This document shows positions 29,168 to 39,277 of a stretch of DNA of 64,000 nucleotides, one piece after another. Every line of letters starts with the position of its first letter. The stretch's first letter is position 1. The stretch is taken from contig OY759746.1 in NCBI GenBank assembly GCA_963662795.1, positions 1,600,001 to 1,664,000 of the forward strand. The letters are read 5' to 3'. Position numbers and translations under genes: made by a program. This DNA is from Spirochaetia bacterium (GTDB lineage: Bacteria; Spirochaetota; Spirochaetia; CADAEX01). The notes under the pieces are model-generated. The model was not told where the DNA came from, ran no database searches, and saw only the letters and a list, made by a program, of their open reading frames with translations.

Positions 29168-30121
29168 ATGATATATAGAAAACTTGGAAATTCGGAGTTG
29201 AATGTATCTGCCGTCGGTCTTGGAACATGGGCTCTGGGCGGTGATTTTTGGGGACAGGTTGATGACCGGAATTCTATTTCAGCAATACAGGCTGGAATAG
29301 ATTCAGGAATTAACCTGATTGATACAGCTCCTGCCTATGGACAGGACCAGCATGCGGAAAAAATTGTTGGCAAAGCCATTAAGGGCAGACGTGAAAAGGT
29401 AATAATTGCCACTAAAGTAGGAACAATCCGCCATCCCGATAGTTTTGAGAGAAATTTAAAACCGGATAATATTATTGCACAGCTTGAAGAATCTCTTGAA
29501 AATCTGGGTGTCGATGTAATTGATCTGTATCAGATTCACTGGCCTGATGCTAAGACGCCACTTGAAGAAAGCTTGAAAACACTGGCAAAAGCTCAAAAAG
29601 ATGGAAAGTTTAAATATTTTGGTGTAGCAAATTTTAATATTGAACAATTGAATCAAGCCCGTGACATTATTGATGTTGTAAGTCTTCAGCCCCCTTTTTC
29701 CCTGTTAAAGAGAAATATTGAAAGTGATATTCTTCCATACTGCCGTAAAAAAAATCTTGGGGTACTGGGTTATGGTGCACTTGCCGGAGGTATTTTAACC
29801 GGAAAATTCCGGGATATGCCTGTTTTTAAGGAAGATGATAAAAGGAGTGATTTTTATCCTTATTACAAGGAACCGCTCTGGGGAAATATTCAGAAACTTC
29901 TGGATGTACTGCGTAAAATTGCTGGTTTGCGAAGTGTTCCTGTTGCGCAGGTTTCAATTAATTGGGCAATACATCAGTCTGGTATAACCAGTTCACTGGT
30001 TGGGGCAAAAACTACCGAGCAGGCCGTATTAAATGCAGGAGCAGCTGACTTTAATTTATCTGAATCGGAATTAGAGGAGATTGATAATGCCTATAATAAA
30101 TTTCTTAAAAAACTGTTGTAG
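29168..30121 (+). CDS. Aldo/keto reductase (IolS/AKR11-like)
   Basis: GLGTW, IDTAPAYG, IATK, IDLYQIHWPD. Confidence 0.92.
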   Translation: MIYRKLGNSELNVSAVGLGTWALGGDFWGQVDDRNSISAIQAGIDSGINLIDTAPAYGQDQHAEKIVGKAIKGRREKVIIATKVGTIRHPDSFERNLKPDNIIAQLEESLENLGVDVIDLYQIHWPDAKTPLEESLKTLAKAQKDGKFKYFGVANFNIEQLNQARDIIDVVSLQPPFSLLKRNIESDILPYCRKKNLGVLGYGALAGGILTGKFRDMPVFKEDDKRSDFYPYYKEPLWGNIQKLLDVLRKIAGLRSVPVAQVSINWAIHQSGITSSLVGAKTTEQAVLNAGAADFNLSESELEEIDNAYNKFLKKLL

Positions 30122-30152
30122 ATTTTTAATGGTTGTAAAAAACATGTAAATA

Positions 30153-30214
30153 TCAATATAGGATAATATAGAGTCAAAATAAAATACGACAGATGATTTT
30201 ATTGGTGAGAAAAT
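30153..30214 (+). promoter_or_regulatory. AraC-type tandem site and promoter 2
   Basis: TCAA at 30153 and 30174; TCAAAATAAAATACGACAG matches site 1 at 18/19; TGnGAAAAT. Confidence 0.65.
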
Positions 30215-30236
30215 TAATAAACTAAAGGGGAATCAC

Positions 30237-30749
30237 ATGGCAAAAAAAATATTGGCTATAGTCTCAAATGATTATGAAGAACTTGAATTATGGTATCCGG
30301 TATTGAGACTGAGAGAAGCCGGATATGTTGTAGATATTGCCGGAGAGAAAAATAAAGAGTCTTATCTGGGAAAACACGGTTTGCCAATACTTAGTACGGT
30401 CAGTTTTGATGAAGTAAATGTGAATGATTATGCAGGTCTGATAATTCCAGGCGGTTGGGCTCCTGATAAACTGAGAAGGTATGAAAAAGTAATCGAAATT
30501 GTACAAATCATGAATCAGCAAAATAAGGTTATTGGGGCAATATGTCATGCTGCCTGGGTTCTTGTTACGGCTGGTATTCTTTCGGGGAGAAAAATGACAA
30601 GTGTTGAATGCATATCCCCTGAATTGAAATATGCCGGAGCTGAGTGGATAAATAAAAGTTGTGTTATAGATGGAAATCTTGTAACCAGCAGAACCCCTCC
30701 TGATTTACCTGATTATATGATTGGATATTTAAATGTACTTGAAAGATAG
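30237..30749 (+). CDS. DJ-1/PfpI family protein (glyoxalase III/deglycase-like)
   Basis: YEELE, IPGGWAPDKLR, AICHA, DGNLVTSRTPPDL. Confidence 0.92.
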   Translation: MAKKILAIVSNDYEELELWYPVLRLREAGYVVDIAGEKNKESYLGKHGLPILSTVSFDEVNVNDYAGLIIPGGWAPDKLRRYEKVIEIVQIMNQQNKVIGAICHAAWVLVTAGILSGRKMTSVECISPELKYAGAEWINKSCVIDGNLVTSRTPPDLPDYMIGYLNVLER

Positions 30750-30788
30750 GCTGAAAAATACAAAAAAATTAAGGAGAACTGTAAAAAT

Positions 30789-31661
30789 ATGGAAATGATT
30801 TTTCAGGTAATAATAAACGGTTTACTTATCGGCGGGTTTTATGCCCTCGTAGGTATCGGGTTGAATGTAATTTTCGGAGTCATGAAAGTTGTAAATTTCA
30901 GTCAGGGTGAATTCTTGATGCTGGGAATGTATGTAACATATGTTTTAAATAAGGTTTTTGGGTTGGATCCATATTTGACATTACCTATTTCTGCCGCCTT
31001 GCTTTTTATGTTAGGCGCGATTGTTCAGAATTATCTTATGACTCCTATAATGAGACAGTCTGGTGATTCAAATCAAATATTCCTGACAGTATCAATTATG
31101 TTCTTATTACAAAATGCATCAATGATGATTTTTTCTGCAGATTACCTGGCTGTAAATACAGATTATGGTATGAAAGGTATTAAGCTTTTTGGTTCCTTAA
31201 TGACTTATCCTAAAGTCATAAGTTTTATTTTTGTACTTATTATAACAATTGCCTTATTTTATTTTTTAAATAAAACTGATACAGGTAAAGCGCTAAGAGC
31301 TACCTCGCAGAACAGTTATGGGGCAAATCTGATCGGTATCAATATAAAAAGAATGTATGTACTTGCTTTCGGACTGGGGACAGGACTTGCAGGTATTGCC
31401 GGTTCGTTGCTTGTCCCTTTTTATTATGTTTTTCCTCATATCGGAGATACATTTACTCCCAGGGCCTTTGTTGTAGTGGTTCTGGGCGGTCTTGGTAATA
31501 TTCCAGGTGCGCTTATTGGAGGTTTAATTTTAGGTCTTTTGGAAACTGCGGGTGGTTTTGTTCTGGGGCCGGCTTTAAAAGAAACTTTTGTATTTATTAT
31601 TTTTATTCTGATTCTTGTAACAAGAGGGCAGATTGAAACAAAAAAGAGGGGATTGGTTTAA
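30789..31661 (+). CDS. Liv-type ABC transporter permease (LivH-like)
   Basis: NGLLIGGFYAL.GIGL..IFGVM.VVNF, GKALRA, VVLGGLG. Confidence 0.92.
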   Translation: MEMIFQVIINGLLIGGFYALVGIGLNVIFGVMKVVNFSQGEFLMLGMYVTYVLNKVFGLDPYLTLPISAALLFMLGAIVQNYLMTPIMRQSGDSNQIFLTVSIMFLLQNASMMIFSADYLAVNTDYGMKGIKLFGSLMTYPKVISFIFVLIITIALFYFLNKTDTGKALRATSQNSYGANLIGINIKRMYVLAFGLGTGLAGIAGSLLVPFYYVFPHIGDTFTPRAFVVVVLGGLGNIPGALIGGLILGLLETAGGFVLGPALKETFVFIIFILILVTRGQIETKKRGLV

Positions 31662-31662
31662 T

Positions 31663-32670
31663 ATGGAAATTTTAAAAACTGATGTAAATCTTAAAAAGGC
31701 CAATTATATCATACTATCAATAATAACGTTACTGGTTTTTATGCTCCCGGTTATTGTTAAAGAGCCTTATCTGCTTCATGTTTTTATCATGCTGTTCTGG
31801 ACAACTGCCTGCAGTCTTGCATGGAATATTATTGGAGGATTTGCCGGACAGTTTTCTCTGGGACATGCTGTTTTTATGGGTTTCGGGGCATACGCTACCG
31901 CGTTCGTACAGACTAAATTGGCTCTTCCTCCCCTTGTCGGATTGGTTATCGGGGTTATATTTGTAGTTGTTGTTTCTGTCATTCTCTTCTATCCATGTTT
32001 TTGTCTTAGGGGGCCATATTTCACAATGGCGACACTTGGAATGACATTAGCTATCAGAAATGCATTTTTAAACTGGGAGATGATTGGTAAAGCAGAAGGA
32101 CTGCTTCTCCCGTTTCGAAGTTCAAATTCCTGGTTCTGGTTCCAGTTTACCGATAAAAAACCTTACTATTTTACTGCTTTGCTGCTGGTTATTTCTTTTA
32201 TTATACTAAGTCTTAAAATATCAAGGTCACGATTCGGTTATGCTCTTAAAGCCATAAAAGAAAATGAAAATACAGCTTCGGCAGTAGGCATTGACAAGAC
32301 CAAGTACAAGTTATACGCCATGGTAACAAGTACTGTTATGATAAGTATATGCGGTAGTTTTTATGCAAACTATATCCGCTTTGTCGATCCAGATGTTATG
32401 GTAATCCCCAGATCAATTGAAATTGTTCTGCCTGTAATAATGGGTGGAATCGGAACAGTTATAGGACCTGTTATAGGCGCGATTATTTTTACTCCGTTAG
32501 CGGAAATATTAAGAACGACTCTTGGCGGTTTTATGGCAGGAGCTCATTATGTAGTTATTGCTGTCATTATGATTTTGATTATAGAATTTAAACCAGACGG
32601 TCTTCATCATTGGTTTATGACACATTATGTTCAGTTGTTGAAAGCAATAACTGGCAGAAAAGAAAAATAA
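31663..32670 (+). CDS. Liv-type ABC transporter permease (LivM-like)
   Basis: WNIIGGFAGQFSLGH, LRGPYF, SRFGYALKAIKENE. Confidence 0.92.
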   Translation: MEILKTDVNLKKANYIILSIITLLVFMLPVIVKEPYLLHVFIMLFWTTACSLAWNIIGGFAGQFSLGHAVFMGFGAYATAFVQTKLALPPLVGLVIGVIFVVVVSVILFYPCFCLRGPYFTMATLGMTLAIRNAFLNWEMIGKAEGLLLPFRSSNSWFWFQFTDKKPYYFTALLLVISFIILSLKISRSRFGYALKAIKENENTASAVGIDKTKYKLYAMVTSTVMISICGSFYANYIRFVDPDVMVIPRSIEIVLPVIMGGIGTVIGPVIGAIIFTPLAEILRTTLGGFMAGAHYVVIAVIMILIIEFKPDGLHHWFMTHYVQLLKAITGRKEK

Positions 32671-32685
32671 TTTTTTGGAGAAATT

Positions 32686-33411
32686 ATGAATTTGTTAAAA
32701 ATACAAGGTGTTTCAAAAGATTTTAAAGGTCTGCACGCTGTTGTAAATGTAAGCTTCAATGTCAATGAAGGAGAAATCGTTGGACTTATTGGTCCCAATG
32801 GTGCCGGGAAAACTACATTATTTAATCTGGTAAGTAGATTTTTACCTGTTAGTTCCGGACGGATTTTTTTTGAAAATACTGAGATAACGAAGAAAAATCC
32901 TGCGACAATAAGCAATATGGGAATTGCAAGAACTTTTCAGATTGTTCAACCTCTTCTGGAGCTGACAGTTCTTGAAAATGTAATGATTGGAGCAATGTTC
33001 GGAAGAAGCAATATCATACACAGAAAAACTGCAGAAAAAAAAGCTGAGGAGATAATAGAATTTACAGGTCTTTCCAGACAAAAAAACGAGCTGGCAAAGG
33101 TTCTCGGAACACCTGGAAGAAAAAGACTGGAGCTGTCAAGAGCTTTGGCTGCTGACCCCAAAATAATGCTGCTGGATGAAGTAATGGCAGGCCTGACTCC
33201 AACAGAAGTAGAAGAGTGTATGGAGTTGATACAGATGATTAATAAAAGAGGTATTACAATCCTGATGGTTGAACATGTTATGAGGGCGGTTATGAATATC
33301 TCACACAGGATTGTTGTACTAAATTACGGAAAAATGATTGCTGAAGGAATACCGGAAGAAATCAGTACAAACAAGGAAGTTATTGAAGTTTATCTCGGAA
33401 AGGATGAGTAA
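32686..33411 (+). CDS. Liv-type ABC ATPase (LivG-like)
   Basis: GPNGAGKTT, ARTFQ, LLDE, VEH. Confidence 0.93.
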   Translation: MNLLKIQGVSKDFKGLHAVVNVSFNVNEGEIVGLIGPNGAGKTTLFNLVSRFLPVSSGRIFFENTEITKKNPATISNMGIARTFQIVQPLLELTVLENVMIGAMFGRSNIIHRKTAEKKAEEIIEFTGLSRQKNELAKVLGTPGRKRLELSRALAADPKIMLLDEVMAGLTPTEVEECMELIQMINKRGITILMVEHVMRAVMNISHRIVVLNYGKMIAEGIPEEISTNKEVIEVYLGKDE

Positions 33412-33412
33412 T

Positions 33413-34120
33413 ATGCTTGATGTTAAAAAATTAAATGTAGCATATGGTGATGTGCAGGTATTGTGGGATATTGATTTTGAAATTAAACAGGGCGAATTAG
33501 TTGCCTTGATAGGTTCAAACGGAGCCGGGAAAACAACAGTTTTAAAAACTATTTCCGGAATTCTCAAGCCAATTAGCGGGGAAATTATTTTTGAAGGACA
33601 GAATCTTGAAAATACCGGTTGTCCAACAGTTACCAGGGCAGGCTTGACACAGGTTCCTGAAGGACGACAAATATTTTATGACATGACTGTTTTGGAAAAC
33701 CTTGAGTTGGGCGGTTATGTTATGAAGGATAAGGAAAATAGAATTGAAAATATTGAAAAAATGCTGAAAATGTTTCCTCGTTTGAATGAAAGAAAGAAAC
33801 AGTTGGCAGGAACACTGAGCGGCGGTGAGCAGCAGATGCTTGCAATTGCCAGGAGTCTTATTCCTAATCCTAAACTGGTTATGCTTGACGAACCATCACT
33901 GGGCCTTGCCCCAAATCTTGTAAGTATGATCTTCGATACAATTAAAATATTAAGAGATGAAATAGGTCTTACCGTATTAATTGTCGAACAGGATGTTAAG
34001 AAAGCATTATCCATAGCTGAAAGAGGTTATGTATTTGAAAACGGTAAAATAGTACATAAAGGCAGTACTGAATCTTTAATTAATGATCCAGACATAAAAA
34101 AAATGTATTTGGGTCTTTAA
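33413..34120 (+). CDS. Liv-type ABC ATPase (LivF-like)
   Basis: GSNGAGKTT, VPEGR, LSGGEQQ, LDEPSLGLAP; alternative start at 33404. Confidence 0.93.
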   Translation: MLDVKKLNVAYGDVQVLWDIDFEIKQGELVALIGSNGAGKTTVLKTISGILKPISGEIIFEGQNLENTGCPTVTRAGLTQVPEGRQIFYDMTVLENLELGGYVMKDKENRIENIEKMLKMFPRLNERKKQLAGTLSGGEQQMLAIARSLIPNPKLVMLDEPSLGLAPNLVSMIFDTIKILRDEIGLTVLIVEQDVKKALSIAERGYVFENGKIVHKGSTESLINDPDIKKMYLGL

Positions 34121-34145
34121 TTTAAATAATTAATGGAGGTTATTT

Positions 34146-35399
34146 ATGAAAAGAATTTTGATTATTCTTTTAGTGCTCTGTGTGAGCGCAGGTGCTTTTG
34201 CAGGTGGCACAAAAGAAGCCGCCGGTGAAAAAGCCGGAGCCGATGTTGTAAAAATAGGTGCTATCTATCCGCTTACAGGCGGAGTTGCACCAATTGGTTT
34301 AAACATCAAGAAAGGTCTGGATTTCGCTGTTGAGGAAATTAATGGAAGTGGCGGAATTATGGGAAAACAGGTTAAAATCATTTATGGTGATTCAACCGGT
34401 GATCCGAAAGTAGGTATGGCTGAAGCAGAGAGACTGATTACACGGGAAGATGTATCAATAATAATTGGTTCTTATCAGAGTTCAGTATCAAATGTAGTTT
34501 CTGAGGTAGCACAGAGATATGAAACACCTAATATTACTGCTATTTCAACAGCTGATGTCATTACAACAAGAGGATATGATTATTTTTTTAGAATGGCTCC
34601 TACAAATATGCTCTTCCTGCGGGACATGATTCAGTATTGTGCAGATGTAAACGATAAATACAAGCTGGGTTATAAAACTGTGGGAATTATTACCGGTAAC
34701 GACCTTCTTGGACAGGAAAGCAGAAAATGGGCAAAATACTGGAGCGAAAAACTTGGCTTGAATGTAATCAGCGAAGTACAGTACACAATTAATGCTGTTG
34801 ATCTTTCTTCTGAAGTTCTTACTGTCAAGAAAGCAAATCCAGATATACTTGTTATTGATCCATATATTTCTGATGCTATACTGATTACCAAAACACTTCA
34901 TGAACAGGGCTTTACACCAAAAATTGTCATTGGAAAAGCAACCGGTCTAATTGATCCAAGTTATATTCCAACAGTTGGGGCTCTTGCAAACGGTGTTACT
35001 ACAGCAACCGAATGGAATGTTGATATTGTGAAAGCAGAAGCTGTGAATGCAAAATTCAACAAGAAATATGGAATTAATATGAATGGGCACTCTGCTGAAG
35101 TTTATACAGCTATGTATATAGTAAAAGAAGCTATTGAGAAAGCAAAGAGCACGGATAGAAAAGCTATAAAAACTGCTCTTGAAGATCTTGAAATAAATGA
35201 AAAATTTTCAAATGGTCAAAAAATAATATTACCTTATGATAAGATTAAATTTGATGACTATGAAAACGCAGCAGGAAAAAATACCAATCAGAATAAATAT
35301 GTCAAGTTAACTGTTGTTCAGATTCAGGATGGTAAATATATAACGGTATGGCCTTTTGAAGCTGCAGCTAAAGAACCAATTGTTCCCTTGAAATGGTAA
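34146..35399 (+). CDS. Liv-type ABC substrate-binding protein
   Basis: Signal peptide; KIGAIYPLTG, EINGSGGI.G, IGSYQSSV, YFFR. Confidence 0.9.
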   Translation: MKRILIILLVLCVSAGAFAGGTKEAAGEKAGADVVKIGAIYPLTGGVAPIGLNIKKGLDFAVEEINGSGGIMGKQVKIIYGDSTGDPKVGMAEAERLITREDVSIIIGSYQSSVSNVVSEVAQRYETPNITAISTADVITTRGYDYFFRMAPTNMLFLRDMIQYCADVNDKYKLGYKTVGIITGNDLLGQESRKWAKYWSEKLGLNVISEVQYTINAVDLSSEVLTVKKANPDILVIDPYISDAILITKTLHEQGFTPKIVIGKATGLIDPSYIPTVGALANGVTTATEWNVDIVKAEAVNAKFNKKYGINMNGHSAEVYTAMYIVKEAIEKAKSTDRKAIKTALEDLEINEKFSNGQKIILPYDKIKFDDYENAAGKNTNQNKYVKLTVVQIQDGKYITVWPFEAAAKEPIVPLKW

Positions 35400-35418
35400 T
35401 TTGATTTTCATGTAAGTC

Positions 35419-35457
35419 ATGACCTTCCGGATATAATCCTGAAGGTCATTATTTTTT
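35419..35457. terminator. Hairpin between the convergent SBP and araC genes
   Basis: ATGACCTTC-C-GGAT / ATCC-T-GAAGGTCAT followed by a T-rich tract. Confidence 0.7.
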
Positions 35458-35466
35458 AAATAATAT

Positions 35467-36312
35467 TCAGTCAAGAATGTTTTTATAATTTTCCCTGTAT
35501 TGAAAGGGCGTGACCATATAGTATTTTTTAAATATTTTATAAAAATGACTTGTACTGTTAAAACCGCAGTCAAAAATTATATCTAAAACTTCAGTTGTAG
35601 TAAAAGCAAGTTTATAAGCAGCCCATGACATTCTTGCCTGTGTTACAACTTCAGTTATGGTTTTACCTGTTCTTTTTTTTAATTCTCTTTCTACATGCTC
35701 AGGCGATTTGTTACAAAGAGACACAAAACCCGGAACCCCTTTTGTGAAAAATTGAGGTTCCTGAATTCTTTTAATGGCATAGTTTAACCATTCTATTGCA
35801 CTGCCTGATTCTGATCCTGAAGCTGATTTAGCTATTACGCTGATCAGGTTGAGCAGGAATCTTTCAAGTTCAAATATTGATTTATCATTACTTGATAAAA
35901 GTCTGTTGAAATTAGTTTCAACCCAGCATTGCTGGAATAAATTCAGTTTAATTATGTCAGGATATTCAGGCTTGCTGTCAAAAAAAAATAATGAGTTATC
36001 GTGATACCTGGTTCTTATATGATTCATGGAATCAATCGGAAAAAAAATATGAAGCAATGAAAAACCTTCGTCATATTCCGGAAAACTATGTATATCAATA
36101 TTTGGTCTGATAAAAAGTAAATCGCCTTTTTTAATTGTCATTTTTTTGTTATTGATCAAGTGTGTTCCTGAGCTGTTTTCTGCATAAAGTATTTCAGCAT
36201 AATCATGTTCATGCGGCGGCAGAAAAGGTTTTATCTCTTTTCTAAGTTGATCAACTTTGTAATATCCAATCAGTGAAGAAGTAATTTCATTAGTCCAATA
36301 TAGTTTGAACAT
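35467..36312 (-). CDS. AraC family regulator with N-terminal cupin domain
   Basis: HEHDYAE...H cupin; SPEHVER, CGFNSTSHFYKIFKK...TPFQYR. Confidence 0.92.
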   Translation of the reverse strand: MFKLYWTNEITSSLIGYYKVDQLRKEIKPFLPPHEHDYAEILYAENSSGTHLINNKKMTIKKGDLLFIRPNIDIHSFPEYDEGFSLLHIFFPIDSMNHIRTRYHDNSLFFFDSKPEYPDIIKLNLFQQCWVETNFNRLLSSNDKSIFELERFLLNLISVIAKSASGSESGSAIEWLNYAIKRIQEPQFFTKGVPGFVSLCNKSPEHVERELKKRTGKTITEVVTQARMSWAAYKLAFTTTEVLDIIFDCGFNSTSHFYKIFKKYYMVTPFQYRENYKNILD

Positions 36313-36375
36313 ATATGATATTTAATATTTATCTAGTGTTAAGTCAACTAAATACGTATATATATTTTAATAATC

Positions 36376-36437
36376 TCAATAAAGGATAATAAATAGTCAA
36401 TTAAAAATAAGATAAAAAAATAAGCCGGTTGTATATT
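36376..36437 (+). promoter_or_regulatory. AraC-type tandem site and promoter 3 (transketolase operon)
   Basis: TCAATAAAGGATAATA at 36376 and a second TCAA at 36397; TATATT 35 nt after the second half-site, the same spacing as sites 1 and 2. Confidence 0.6.
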
Positions 36438-36467
36438 TAATTAACTTAAATATACAAAGGAATACTT

Positions 36468-37301
36468 ATGCTAAAAGAAGATTTAGGTAAATTAATCAAG
36501 ATAGCTCAGGAAATAAGATTGCTGATATTAAAAACAACTCATACTGCCGGGTGCGGTCATACCGGCGGGTCATTATCTGAAGCTGATATCCTTACTGCAT
36601 TATATTTTAATATTATGAACATCGATCCTGCAAATCCGGGAAAAACTGATCGTGACAGATTTATTCTTTCCAAGGGACATGCGACACCCGGATTTTATTC
36701 TACTCTTGCAAGGAGAGGTTTTTTCCCCGTTGAGGTTCTTTCAACTTTTGATAAAGAAGAAAGTATTCTGCAGGGTCATCCTGATATGAATAAAACCCCA
36801 GGTGTTGATATGACAACCGGGTCGCTTGGGCAGGGGCTTTCCTGCGGAGTCGGGATGGCTATCGGCGGTGAAGACAGGAATAATAAATTTTATACATATG
36901 TACTTCTTGGTGACGGTGAATGCCAGGAAGGTCAGGTTTGGGAAACTGCGCTTTTCGCAGGCAGCAGAAAAGTAAAAAGAATAATAGCAATTACTGATTA
37001 TAATAAAGTTCAGCTTGCATCAACTGTTGATGAGACCTCATCTCTGGAACCTCTGGAAGATAAATGGAAAGCATTTGGATGGACTGTACTGAGATGTGAC
37101 GGACATGCTATGGAGAAACTGGTAGAGACATTAAACAGGGCAAAAAAGTTAAGTGAAACAGGACCGGTTGCGATTATTGCAGATACAGTCAAGGGTAAAG
37201 GCGTTTCCTTTATGCAGAATAAATGGCAATGGCACGGTAAGGCTCCGAACAAAGATGAATATGAACAGGCAGTTAACGAAGTATCTGGAGGTATAAAATA
37301 A
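36468..37301 (+). CDS. Split transketolase 1, N-terminal (ThDP-binding) subunit
   Basis: GHTGGSLS, DRFILSKGHA, LQGHP, GSLGQG, GDGE..EG, KGKG, WHG. Confidence 0.93.
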   Translation: MLKEDLGKLIKIAQEIRLLILKTTHTAGCGHTGGSLSEADILTALYFNIMNIDPANPGKTDRDRFILSKGHATPGFYSTLARRGFFPVEVLSTFDKEESILQGHPDMNKTPGVDMTTGSLGQGLSCGVGMAIGGEDRNNKFYTYVLLGDGECQEGQVWETALFAGSRKVKRIIAITDYNKVQLASTVDETSSLEPLEDKWKAFGWTVLRCDGHAMEKLVETLNRAKKLSETGPVAIIADTVKGKGVSFMQNKWQWHGKAPNKDEYEQAVNEVSGGIK

Positions 37302-38242
37302 TGAAAATCGGAGAAGAGATTGCAGGCAGAGTAGCTTTTGGAAAAGCATTGGAAACGCTTGGAGAAAAATATCCGGATTTGGTTGTACTGGATTCCGATG
37401 TATGTGCATCAACGCAGACAAAATATTTTAAGGATAAATACCCGGAGAGATTTTATCAGATTGGAATAGCAGAAGCGACAATGATAGGTGTTTCTGCAGG
37501 ACTTGCAACAACAGGATTTATCCCTTTTGTCTCAGCGTTTGCGATATTTCTGGCGAAGAGAGCCGTTGATCAGATAAGGGTATCAATTGCCTATGCTGAT
37601 TTGAATGTAAAATTAAACGGAGGATATGGCGGACTCCCAACCGGACAGGCCGGGGCTACCCATTCATCGCTTGAAGATATTGCGATAATGAGAGCAATGC
37701 CTAATATGAAAGTATTTGTTCCCGCTGATCCAATGGAAACAGCCAAGGCAACAGAACTTTTAATTCAGACAAAGGGCCCCGCATACCTGCGGACTGTAAG
37801 GTGTCCGGTTCCTGTTATTTTTGACGATAATCACAAGCCCGAGTTTGGAAAGGCAACCGTTATTAATGAAGGAAAAGATATCGTAATAATTTCAACCGGC
37901 ATGATGACGCCAAAAGCGTTATTTGCTTCCGAAAAACTTAAAAAAAGCGGTATACATGCAAGAGTCATTCACATGGGAAGTATAAAACCGATTGACAGGG
38001 CTGCTGTTGTTAAAGCTGCCAAAGAGATAGGGACAATTATAACAATTGAGAACCACAGTATTTATGGCGGCCTCGGCAGCGCTATCGCAGAGATTGTCGG
38101 TGAGGAATATCCATGCAAGGTGAAAAGACTTGGTTTCAGGGATATATTCCCCGAATCAGGTAATGATGAATATCTATTCAGTAAATACGGGATGAATGTT
38201 GAAAACATTGAAGCTGCGGCTAAAAAAGAATTAGGTGTATAA
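37301..38242 (+). CDS. Split transketolase 1, C-terminal subunit
   Basis: GIAEA, RAVDQIR, GATH..LED, ENH...GGLG. Confidence 0.93.
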   Translation: MKIGEEIAGRVAFGKALETLGEKYPDLVVLDSDVCASTQTKYFKDKYPERFYQIGIAEATMIGVSAGLATTGFIPFVSAFAIFLAKRAVDQIRVSIAYADLNVKLNGGYGGLPTGQAGATHSSLEDIAIMRAMPNMKVFVPADPMETAKATELLIQTKGPAYLRTVRCPVPVIFDDNHKPEFGKATVINEGKDIVIISTGMMTPKALFASEKLKKSGIHARVIHMGSIKPIDRAAVVKAAKEIGTIITIENHSIYGGLGSAIAEIVGEEYPCKVKRLGFRDIFPESGNDEYLFSKYGMNVENIEAAAKKELGV

Positions 38243-38243
38243 A

Positions 38244-39260
38244 ATGAAAGCGGTAGTCTGGGAAAATAAGGATGTAATAAACTTAAGTGAAGTTCCGGTT
38301 CCTGTCCCCGGGAAAGATGAAGCTTTAATAAAGGTCATAATGACCGGTATATGCGGATCTGATCTTACGATAATTTCCGGTAAACATCCAAGGGCTAAAA
38401 CTCCAACTGTTATTGGCCATGAATTTATCGGTATAGTTGAAGAAATAAATGGAAAATCAGATTCATTTAGTGTCGGCGACAGGGTTGCTGTCGAACCGCT
38501 GCTTTCATGTGGGCATTGCAAACATTGTCTGAACGGAAACGCCCATGTCTGCGGAACACTAAGGCTTCTGGGCATTGAAGCACCGGGTGCTTTCGCCGGG
38601 TATGCAACAGCACCGTTGAAAAAAATATTTAAGCTTCCTTCCAATATTTCTGATATTTCTGCTGTACTTTTAGAGCCGTTATCTGTAGCAGTGCATACTC
38701 TGAATTACAGCATGCTTCAGAAAGGAGAAGATGTCTCTGTAATTGGCGCCGGCCCCATTGGTTTATTGTGTGCTGAAGTCGCAAGAGCAAAGGGCGCAGG
38801 AAAAATATTTGTTTCTGAGGTTAATGCAGATAGAATTTTGATGGCTCAGAAAATGGGTTTTACAACAATAGATTCAAAAAAAACAGATCCGGTTGATTAT
38901 ATTCTGAAAGATACGAATGGAAAGGGTTCTGAAGTTACAATTGATGCTGCAGGTTCAAAACATACAGGAATGTTATTGATACCGATGACATCAATCAAGG
39001 GAAGAATAATGATGGCAGCCCTTCACAAGGAACCATGTGAAATTAATTTTCAGCAGTTGTCATACAGAGAACAAAAAATAATTGGCATAAGGATATATGC
39101 CGAAGGAGATTTTTCTGAATCTATTAAACTGCTTGAGAATAAAAAAATAAAAATAGAATCACTTGTAACAGGAATTTTCAGCATGGATGAATATCATCTG
39201 GCATTTGATAAAGCTAAAAATGATTCGGCAAGCTGCAAGATTGTAATTCGGCAGGATTAA
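38244..39260 (+). CDS. Zn-dependent polyol/sugar-acid dehydrogenase (MDR)
   Basis: GICGSD, GHE, CGHCKHC...C, EP, GAGPIG. Confidence 0.9.
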   Translation: MKAVVWENKDVINLSEVPVPVPGKDEALIKVIMTGICGSDLTIISGKHPRAKTPTVIGHEFIGIVEEINGKSDSFSVGDRVAVEPLLSCGHCKHCLNGNAHVCGTLRLLGIEAPGAFAGYATAPLKKIFKLPSNISDISAVLLEPLSVAVHTLNYSMLQKGEDVSVIGAGPIGLLCAEVARAKGAGKIFVSEVNADRILMAQKMGFTTIDSKKTDPVDYILKDTNGKGSEVTIDAAGSKHTGMLLIPMTSIKGRIMMAALHKEPCEINFQQLSYREQKIIGIRIYAEGDFSESIKLLENKKIKIESLVTGIFSMDEYHLAFDKAKNDSASCKIVIRQD

Positions 39261-39277
39261 AAATAATTATACAGCAG

